Position numbers and translations under genes: made by a program
From: Catajapyx aquilonaris
Taxonomy: Eukaryota
Assembly (NCBI GenBank): GCA_000934665.2
Contig: JYFJ02003358.1
Span: forward strand, 1-42,996
Direction: 5' to 3'
DNA length: 42,996 nucleotides
The notes under the pieces: model-generated
What the model saw: only the letters and a program-made list of their open reading frames with translations
What the model was told of the DNA's origin: nothing
The model's database searches: none
Part shown: piece by piece, positions 22,016 through 32,100 of the stretch
Layout: every line of letters begins with the position of its first letter
How positions within the stretch are numbered: position 1 is the stretch's first letter

Positions 22016-24187
22016 TTAAAACAAGCTTACTTGAGACACCCGCTCATCAGTTTCGCAAACTGAATATCTTAAAGCATGGCAGGCTGCCACTTCCCGTATT
22101 ACACTTCCGTTATCGTTCAGGTATGCGCATGTTAGGTCGTGGACATTACTGCTTCCTACCAAAGCTTCGCTCATACCTAACCAAAAAAAGAAAAAGAATT
22201 TTGTTACATTCTTCTCTATGGTACATAAAAGCAAATCATAAGTAGGCTACCCATATTACCATGTACTCTCAATATATTTGCAAGAGCGTCATTCTCCTCT
22301 ACTGAGTCTAGAATAGCCAAGTAAGCTTTCATCGACGCGCAGTTGGTGTCTGCTTGAGACCAGGTCATTGCATCCTTAACTATTCTATAGCAGCTCCCGC
22401 AGCCAGCCTCGATAAATCCCTCTGGACACTTCCATTCGATTCCAGCATGTTCAATCTCTAAAAAAATTAATACAAATAAATATCGATAAACAAAAACCAA
22501 ACTGGAAGATACCTATACCTGGGATGTGGGTGAAAGTAACTTCCTTCCTCTGGTCGGTTTCGCACACATAATGCAAGTTACGATTGCAGGATACATCATA
22601 CCAGGCAAAATAATTGGTGCCCAGACTGGAAAGTACTAAGCAATCTTGATTAAAGAAATTGTTTGGTTCGTGTCTGAACCAGTTTTCGTAAATTATGGGC
22701 TCTTTGGAATATTCCCATATCCATCTGCCTTCGTCGATTATATCGGTGCCACCAAGGTAATGATGGTCATTATTGACTGGAATTTGATTTGTAACACTGT
22801 TAATACTGTGCATGTAGCTAACACAACTTACAATAATGTAACGAGGCAGAATACCTTCAAAAATCAGTGTTTGAATGGCTTTATCCTCTTCGGAATTGTT
22901 TACTTCTGCTAAATATCCCCCTTTGCTTTCGCAATCCTGGGATGCGGAGGAAAATGAGTCTTTTTCATTGCTTAAAAAGTAGCACCCAATTCCTCGCAAT
23001 TCTATGAATTCATCTGGACAGATCCCACTCTCAAATCCAGCCACTTCTGGTGCTAAAATTCAGAATATTATAGCGAAGTTGTTAGTATAGGTACTTTGGA
23101 GGATCTGTTTCGTAATGAGAAAAAAATAATTGCCTACCTCGTGGATGCGCATTACTAGGAGAGTCAAGAGCATTTTCATAGCTGTAGCTAATGATGTCAG
23201 GATTATTAACTGCCATGTTTCCAGTTCTTGAACCAGATTCACCCGAAGCAAAGTTATAGACTTCACGAGTATCACTGTCGCTGTAAAATTCAGATGACCT
23301 GCTCGGTTCTGCAAAACCTGGCCCTGTGAATATCTCCGGGCTACATTCATGTCTATGAAAAATGTCGCAATATTTATTTTAATATACCTTCGTATTCTAA
23401 CGACTCGGGGATAATGTTCATATTTTCTGAAGATTCTGGAACGTAATTGTTGATTTCCAAAGATTCAGGCACATAATCGTGTTCGTTCGGCTCCGAAAAA
23501 TAGTAATTGTTGTTTTCAGTAGATTCAGGTCTTCCATGTTCTGATCTTTCAATAGATTCTGGTATGTAATCATCATTGTTATTCATGGCTTCTACTGATT
23601 CCGGAATGTATCTATAGGGCATGTCCCTTTCCTCGTGGACATTGCGCTTCTTTCGCACTCTTCTCTCACTTGCCAGTTCTCTTGCTGAAAAGTTTAAAAA
23701 AATACGATTGTTTATTCTATTTTTTAACAGTACCGTTATGACTTACGTGACCCTTGCAATTCCGAGATTGCAATGCAAGCTTTTCCATCAGGGCTCCTCA
23801 CATATCCTTCGCAGCATACTTCTTGGCCCTATTTCAAAACAAGCGATTTTGAGCTTACCACCACAAAATGTCAAAAATACACAGGGTAAGATAATACGTT
23901 GTCATTATGATGAAGATGATGAAATAGGTTTGTTGCATTGACGAAGATAACCTAACAGCGTCACTATGCACAACGTGCTTACGTTATGCTATATTATTAT
24001 CTGATGCAGTAAAAATCAATCGAGCAAACTTCCAATAATTGAACACTTCATAATATTTATTCTAGTGTAGGTCATGTAGGCTACTCACCAACTGTTCACA
24101 AACGCTAGGTTCATTCAGAGGTGTAGCTTTGGCCACAGAAACAACAAGCAGAGGGATTAGCAGCAGATATTTCTCGGAGAAAAACAT
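22016..24187 (-). CDS. Lectin gene C: secreted CCxGY-module protein with one intact and one loop-deleted C-type lectin domain (~487 aa)
   Basis: Exons 24187-24089, 23828-23747, 23684-23388, 23308-23138, 23052-22855, 22776-22519, 22457-22260, 22176-22016. Signal peptide MFFSEKYLLLIPLLVVSVAKA, GQEVCCEGYVRSPDGKAC, RKKR, Y(I/V)PESxE repeats, EPN/WYD. The 3' end is uncertain because a possible donor follows RVSQ. Confidence 0.87.
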
Positions 24188-24759
24188 GTTACACAACTTT
24201 TCACTCCTTATGATGGCAAGAGTCAGAGTATTGCACACAAACTCATTGTATTCCACTGTCACTTATCAGAGACTACTGATTGATATTGTACTACCGGTGC
24301 CATAATCGGTGAAACGGGTGCTTCCGTAGCTCAATGTAACTTATCAAATATCACACAGTAGCAGAAACCTTGCGGATGTATATGAAATCCTGATTGGTTA
24401 CTTCCAAGTTCCAACTTTATAAAGTTTGGTACCGGTACTTACTTTTTACAACGTGTATCCTTACGTTTTGAGCATAATAAACTGTGGCATGCCAACATGA
24501 ACATGGAAGAGATACTTTTTAGCAAGTTAATACTGTAAAAGAGTCAGAATCACATTTCTTGTAGGCTTTCGAAAATAAAGGCAACTATTAACTTCAAATT
24601 TAATTGCTGCATATTATATCTTTATTGCGCTTAACACAGTACATTTTGCTGGAAAGTCGAAATGGCATACGGAAATGTCTGAAAAATTAATGGGTTGTTT
24701 TGGAGCGATATATTTTTTCATATTGTTATTTGCTTTCAAGACGTATACGGAAATTGCTT

Positions 24760-25284
24760 TTAGTCCAAGGCAGGTGTCTCACATATGAAGAAGTTTTCGT
24801 CTTCGCACTCGACATCGTCCCAGTGGAACCGTATGTGCCACTTGTTGCTAAAAGCAGCACAATGTTGCCTCCCAGAATGATTATTGGGCTCACCAGGCTG
24901 CCAGTCTTCGAATTGAATGGGCTTCCTGTGGTAATCCCAGTACCAGCGCCCTTCATGACCCATATCGTACGCACCCATCCAATAGACAACTTCCTCTCCA
25001 CCTGTAAAGGATCCAGAGGCAATGGAGGAGTTTTCTGACATTGTGGCCACCTCATCAACAAACAGGATTTACATTGGCAATATTCTTACCGTGACGTTTC
25101 AGAAGATATTGCCTGATATCTTCGTTTCCTCTTGGAGATTCCACACTGACCAAATGTCCATCCGACAAATGGCGACATTTTTCTGTGGCCGTCCACCAGT
25201 TAGCCACTGAGTCACTTATGTAATAACAGTTTGAGCCCAGTTGCGTGTAAGATGGGTAGCATCTGTCGCTTCCTATGGTTAATA

Positions 25285-25363
<79 letters not shown>

Positions 25364-27840
25364 GCATATAAGTTGTAAACTTCTCTTTGGGGCCATTGAA
25401 GTCTTATACCTGTTTCTGATGGCTCTGGTACAGCTTCACTCACGATTGGATCCGTCTCGCATATGCATGACATACTTTGGGAGCATAAGACAGCATCCCA
25501 GTACCATCCGTCTTCATACGTGAGGGCCATGCACCTGCCCATGTCGGACGTCGTGTCTCTGAACTTTCCTAATGGTGTCATTGGTTTGCCACTGTTGCTC
25601 CAAGTCCAACGTAAATCTTCTGTGTCCACTTCGCTTACTCCCCCAGTGTAGTAAGAAACACGGGTATAATCTATGGTAAAATATTTAAAATTTTTAAAGC
25701 AAGTTATATTATTTTATAATATAGAAGCTAATGTAGCTTATAAAGATTCTCAATAAGATTTTACTCTAATTTAGTTTTTTTAAACGTATAGTAGCCCAAA
25801 TGAAACAATATTAGGCAAAATAATAATTATATTCATAAACCTTATACACATGCAGGATCGTTCCTATAGTGAAACATCAACGTGGAGGAGAGTAATGAGA
25901 AGAACTAACCGCTTTCAAGGTATGACTTGATTGCTTCAAATTCATTATAGGAATCAATTTCCACAAGGTATCCGCTTGAAAATCTGCACCGCGCACTGGC
26001 ACTGTTCCAATCTTCGTAGCCAGAATATTTCTCAATCATGTAGCAACTATCTCCTAGTAGCTTGTATCCTTCAGGACAATGCAAAACACTTCCAGCTAAA
26101 TAGATTTTAAAAAATGAACATTAGTTTTCGTACATTTATGCACCACATGCAGAGCTCTGTTTATTATGATATGAAAGTAACATTACGTCTGTGGCGTGCT
26201 GGTTGACGGACGTTTGTTTCGCAGATATAGCCAAATTTGTTGCGGCATTCATCATCGTTCCATCTCCCTCTGTTGTATCCTTCGCCTTTGAGCACGACAC
26301 AGTCTTCATTACCAGCGTCGTTTGGTTCGTCGTACCCCCATTTTGCGTAACGAACATCCTGTCCCTTTTCTACCCATCTCCAGTGGGATTCATCTTGGAT
26401 ATCGTTTGCTCCAATGTAATAGTCGCGGCCAGGATTTGCTAAATATTATTGACATTCACATTTTCCGCACTTGAAACAATAATAATCAGTAACGAAAAAA
26501 CGTTATATTTTGCCTACTCTTTTCGATGTAGGCTGCTACTGCTGTCACCTCTGCTTCAGAATCCATTGTTGATAAGTATCCTCCCATCTTCTGGCATTGC
26601 TTTTTGGCAGAAAACCAGTCAATCTCTTTTTCGCTATTGCTCACAAAGTGACAGCCAGTACTTTCAATGTTAAAGAATGGTGGTGGACATTCCTCATTTT
26701 CCCGGGGTGGTTCTACACAAAAATTGTAATGATTATACCCTCAGTTAAATGTGTGTGAAAACCCATATTCACCTGAATGCAATCTCATATCAGTTTCGCA
26801 CACGTAGTTCAAATTGTCATCGCAGTAAAAATCATCCCATCTAAAATCAAAGTCACTATAACCGGAAATAGCGAGGCAGTGTTGATTCCAGTTGTAATTA
26901 TTGGGTTCACCGTAGCCCCAGTTCGAAAATTCCATATTATTTCCCGAGTGATCCCAAATCCATGTTCCTTCAGTAACGCGATCAGTGGCTCCAAGATAAT
27001 GGTGGTTCGCATTCTCTATAATATCAGAAAGTTTGTTATAATTATATGGCAAGAGTAAAATTTCGAGTTCATACCTGTAGAAATAATCCTTTTAACGGCC
27101 TCATTTTCTTCTTCATTGTCAATTTCAGCCAAGTAACCTCCTATTTCACGACAGCTGAGTTTTGCTGCATCCCAGGTCTCTCTGTCCTCACTAAAATGGT
27201 AGCATCCTATACCATCTAAATACCGATAATTGCTGGGGCAATCTCCATTGTTACCGACTGAAAGTGCAAAGTGCTGTTGACTGCCAGGTATTATAAAAGC
27301 GAACTTATTATTGGCTACTTACTTTCCTGTGAGCCGCTCTCAATGCTCTCTGAAGAGGAGTACAGGTTATATGGGTACGGGTACGAATAATCTGGATAAG
27401 ATCTTCGTTTTTTCCGAACTAGCATGTTATTATCATCCGATTCCGATATTAATTCATCCAAAAAACCTTCTTCTGACTCACCTGTGGACAAGATTTAGGA
27501 GGTGATTGTGATTATAAAGATAAGGCGGGCATATAGTGCGTATACCGAAATATCAAAATGTGTATTTACTTTCTAAAGCGATGCAGATATTAGGGGCTAC
27601 ACATGTTGCGTTAATGCAATCTGGATGGCACACTGGTACACAAGATCCGAGCTCCTTGGTGTAACCATCACAACAATCTCCATTTTCCTGAAGCAACAAG
27701 TGAGTTAATTGTGTGTATCCATTACAATAATATATTCAGCTTACCTCTTCCACACATCCACGACTTGGTGAGGTGAAGGCAGATGGCACTGCTATGAAAC
27801 AAATAAGCGCAATAATTTTGAACCTTTCTGAATAATTCAT
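24760..27840 (-). CDS. Lectin gene D: secreted CCxGY+NIM-repeat protein with 4 C-type lectin domains (~705 aa)
   Basis: Exons 27840-27745, 27687-27570, 27481-27323, 27257-27075, 27015-26773, 26712-26518, 26438-26187, 26095-25910, 25670-25410, 25272-25090, 25001-24760. Signal peptide, CCDGYTKELGSCVPVCHPDCINATCVAPNIC, RKKRR. EPN in domains 1, 2 and 4. AATAAA on the minus strand at 24621-24626. Confidence 0.9.
25286..25362. repeat. (TAT)n microsatellite in an intron of lectin D
   Basis: About 25 perfect units; source of the spurious poly-Y and poly-N ORF tracts. Confidence 0.97.
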
Positions 27841-29179
27841 TGCGAACTCTTCCCTTGGAATATAATGTTCCAAGTGAGCGTATGTGATTTGCTCCTATAC
27901 GAATAAGATTGTGGCAGACGAGTTGATCTTATCATTGTGTTCCACATGCTACAAGGCATATCAATTTTTTTATTCGGTGACACTTCCGCTTGGTAGAGAA
28001 ATGTCGATTTAACTGACAGTTAGTGTATCAATAAAGAGGATGTTGTATTACATGATAAATCCGCCCACGTATATCTCGTTCACACTGACAGAGTGACATT
28101 GACATTTGGGGTATATGCTAATATGCAGTACAGTATAATTATTCAGTAGGTATATATAATCACAGCATATAACAAGGAGAGTGTGTAATGGTCAGATTGC
28201 AGGTTACACAGGTTACCACTTTGTTGCTCGGTGCTCGAAATCATGAAAGAGAAAAGGCAGGACAACATAGTTACTCAGAAGTTGCTTCCTATTTTTATTT
28301 ACATTTTGCCTATAAAAACCAGGTACATAACTGTCCAAGGAAGAAAAGTCTGGAAGAATAAAGCCCGCATTTTTTTGATGAAGGCGACAAAATAGATTAT
28401 CGTTCTCACTCTCCAGTAGACTTTTCCATGTGAAGAAGACGAATGGCCGTCATCTTGTAACAAAATAAATACTCTCAGCATCCTTGGACACACAAGCACT
28501 CACACTCTTACACTACTCTCTAGTGTTGGACAGTGGGAAAGAAAACTCTCCACATTGCAAGGCTTCAATCGCTAAATACTACATGCTGTGAGATGCGGCC
28601 TAATAATCGCACACGAGGAAATGTGCACATTGTGTTTTGAAATGATTGGAAACACTGTACAGAGTGAAATGTAGTATAAAATCTATCAGCGATCTAACCA
28701 TCACTTATAATACAAAAGTAGGATTGGTATGAGATTCTGAACAGTGTAGACAGTGACGAGTCATAAAATCTATGCCTATGAATGTTATCTCTGTGGCATC
28801 TTTGTGTTCATAAATGACAAATTATTCAAATTGAAAATTGCCTCCCTTCTAATCGGATATTACGTGAAGTCTCTACTGTACGTTAAAGTGTGAAGTTGAA
28901 TATGAAACGAGTTTTCTCCTAAACATACGTATTGATTCAATTCCAATGGAAACAGTATTTGAAACTTTTAAAATTCCGCCATTCCAGTATAAATTTATGC
29001 AATTCATTTTTAAGAGGTGTTGACATAGATGCATTTCATTTTGATTGACTGCTTCTGAGGATCGACTTTCCACATTTTAAAATACTGATCCAATACTTCC
29101 CACAGAGCAGATGTAGGCATAATTTCGGCTACAAAATGAGTCATCGCATGCTGACAGTGAGTATATGCGCTTCACATTC

Positions 29180-32100
29180 TCAGCACTGGGTGCCATCCTT
29201 CCCCGTGAAAGACATAGGTACCTGCAGGGACCCTGTAGAAGGCGACCTTACTAAAGTCATCATTTCCACATCACACAAAGCATCCCCAGCACTATATCTC
29301 TGCCTCTGCGGTTGCGCAGACGCCGATGCAGCCCACAAGCTTTCCTCTGGAGAAGATGGCCGACTGTTCCTGAAAATGCCATCTTCTTCTACCTCCTCCT
29401 GGTGGTTAGCCACGTTTTGCAGGACTTCCGCTGGGATACTCAGCAGTTGCAAAACTCGCTCTTGGTGACTCATTGCCCATTCTTCGTAGTTGTCCACCGG
29501 GTATGATGTCTGAGTACCCCGATGGCAACAGTGGGGTTGTCCAGGGCAGGGAGAGGTGCTTGGAGTACGGCCCAGGCTTGGTGCCAAGTTGCTGGTGCTG
29601 TTGGACAAGCCCTGCAACAGCTGGAGAGCTTGTCTAACCTATAAGAAACAAAGTTATCTCATTGCACTCCAGTGAACTCAGAAAGCCACCATAATGAGCT
29701 AATTAGTTAACTTGCCTCAATGCTGAGGTTTGCTACATCATTGTGGAGGGTAGAGACGTGAGTATCCAGTCGCTCGACGCTATTCTTGGCTTGGTCAACT
29801 CCCTGAAGTTCCAGATTCAGTCCTTCCAAGGACCCAGACCTGTGGTTTGGATGGCCTCTGTCTCGGCCTCCACGACCGCGATCTCTCCCAAATCTTACTC
29901 CAGTCAGGTCACAACTGCGGAACTCGTCAAATCTGGAAATATATAAGAGCATTGTTAATTATGCAAACAAGGACTTGATTTGACCAGCCAAACTACGTAC
30001 TAATGCTAAAACATTTAAAGAGCATAAGCAAGTTATATTTAAAATGCTCTCCAAAAGGAAGGTCAATCTTGACCTGGAAGCAAACTTGTGTCGGAAGGGT
30101 GACCTTGACGCCGGCGAAACTGGAGACTGTTCGCCGTCTTCAGCCAGGTTCTCGTCGTCTTCGCTGATTGATGGTAGTGTCAACGAGGGTCCTCCGTTGG
30201 CGTCTGACTCCTGCTCGGCCTCGTAACCTTCTCGCAAATTGTAGGTCAGGTCATGCTGGATGTCATTGGCGAACTCTTGCTGGAACTCACTGTACAACCG
30301 AAGCACTTCGATCAGTCCAGGTATGTGAATGCACTTGATGTCACAGTAGGTTAGGGCTTTCACATCACAGCTGGACTTCACGAGCACTTCTGTTCCGCCC
30401 TGAGCAAGTTGAATTGTTATGTCACAGCCTACCAGGTCACCCTTTCCTGCAATACATTCGGTTACGTGAAACCATGATAAGACTGCAACATGTACGCTAC
30501 AGTGAGATCCTGAGAAAAAAACAGTGTCCAGAATCCAGAAAAAGGGCAACTTACCCAAAATGGCCACAACCATGCCATTTTGCATGACCTCCATAGAGCC
30601 ATTGCACAAGTAGTAGATATATTGCAGCGCATCCCCTTTATGCACCAAGAACTCTCCGGGAGCGCAGAAATTGGAACGGATGTGAAGGGACAACAGCTTG
30701 AGGCATCCTTGAGGAGCTGGCTCAAAGATTGGCAGTTGAAGTATCTCTCGATGGAGGTGCATCGACACATCTCCTCTCAACTCTTCCGGGAACTCCTTCA
30801 GAGTCTGCAAGTCAAGATGTGATTGTGTTAGGTTTGAACTCGCAATTTCGTATAGTCGCTACAGAATTCTGCAAATGGGCACGTACCTCGTGTATGTCAA
30901 TTCCGTGATTTAGAGACCACATAGTCTGGAAATAGTCCTGCATGCGTTGCTTGAGCTCTTTTGGAACTTGGTGCAAGGACAAAAAGTCCTTCAAATCTCT
31001 CCATTTGCTCTGATACAGAGATCTTCTCGAGTACATCCTTTGAATTATGGCAGTTACATTTCCAAAAACTGCAGCGTGCATCAGAGCTATAGGAGTGAAA
31101 TGGGTGAAATATTAAGGAAGTAACAATAGTTATTTCAAAAACTTTTCAGTTCCTGAAGGTCTTAACCTACTTTTTATAGCTATTACGAAAGTCACTGTCA
31201 CTTGCAAGCTGAATAAAAGTGTTATTTTTCCACCCACGTTTCTGCTATGGAAGTAGAAGGAAACAGTAGGGTGCTTCCAATCTCACCTAATGAGTTGAGG
31301 AAGAAAAGAAACATAGGGAGGTCGGAGAAGCCGAAAGGGAAAATTTAGATTGGGAGCCACTTGCAAGGATCCTTAATTACAAAAGCTTCGCAGTCGACTC
31401 AACAGACTTGGGAGACTTGCAAAAGGCCGTGCAAAATGAGAGTTGGGAACATTTCTCGCAGGAATAAGGTTCGAGCTCCCTTTTCCTCACTGCCAATAAT
31501 TAAATTATTACTCTGCGAAAATTGCATCAGGTGGGGATTAGCTCTTTAGCCTCAAGTCGTCTCTTCGGCGAAACAGTCCAAATTATTACGACTCAGTATC
31601 GATTATGGAACCGATGCTCCCGTCTTCAGGGGGACTACCAGAAAGAGCTAATTACGAAGCTACTTTTCATCAAAATCGCTTCTATTGAGATCAAAATAGC
31701 CTGTCGCAACAGAGTTTAGAAAAAGCAATAATTAATGTTCACCATTAACAGCCTAAAGGCATTAGCACCTTACAGAAAAATAACCTTTTACATTTTCCTC
31801 GAGAAGTTTATTTCTATGGCAAATGTCAAAGTATTGGCAGTTATGATGAAATATAACTAGCCTAGTTCCACAGCAGTTATGATTGGAGTCCTTGAAGGTG
31901 ATCGGAAAAAGAGATGATTTGTAGTTTGAAGTAGGACTACTACAGTATAGGTTGTTTGCTCTCTGGTAGCGGTCACCTGATACAGGTCAATTTTATTCTT
32001 TACGTTTCCTATTTTCCGTGAAGTCGGGAACGAATCGTGGTCTATTGACAAGCGAAATCAATATCATAGCATCTCGAGGAGAAATACAGGGAACAAAATT

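Noticed and set aside
23060..23350. ORF MNVARRYSQ... as the gene C exon
   Set aside because: The paralog-matching frame (EVYNFASGE) differs and uses the acceptor at 23309-10.
25275..25523. Poly-Tyr ORF, and the poly-Asn tail of ORF 25279-25629
   Set aside because: Translations of an intronic (TAT)n microsatellite.
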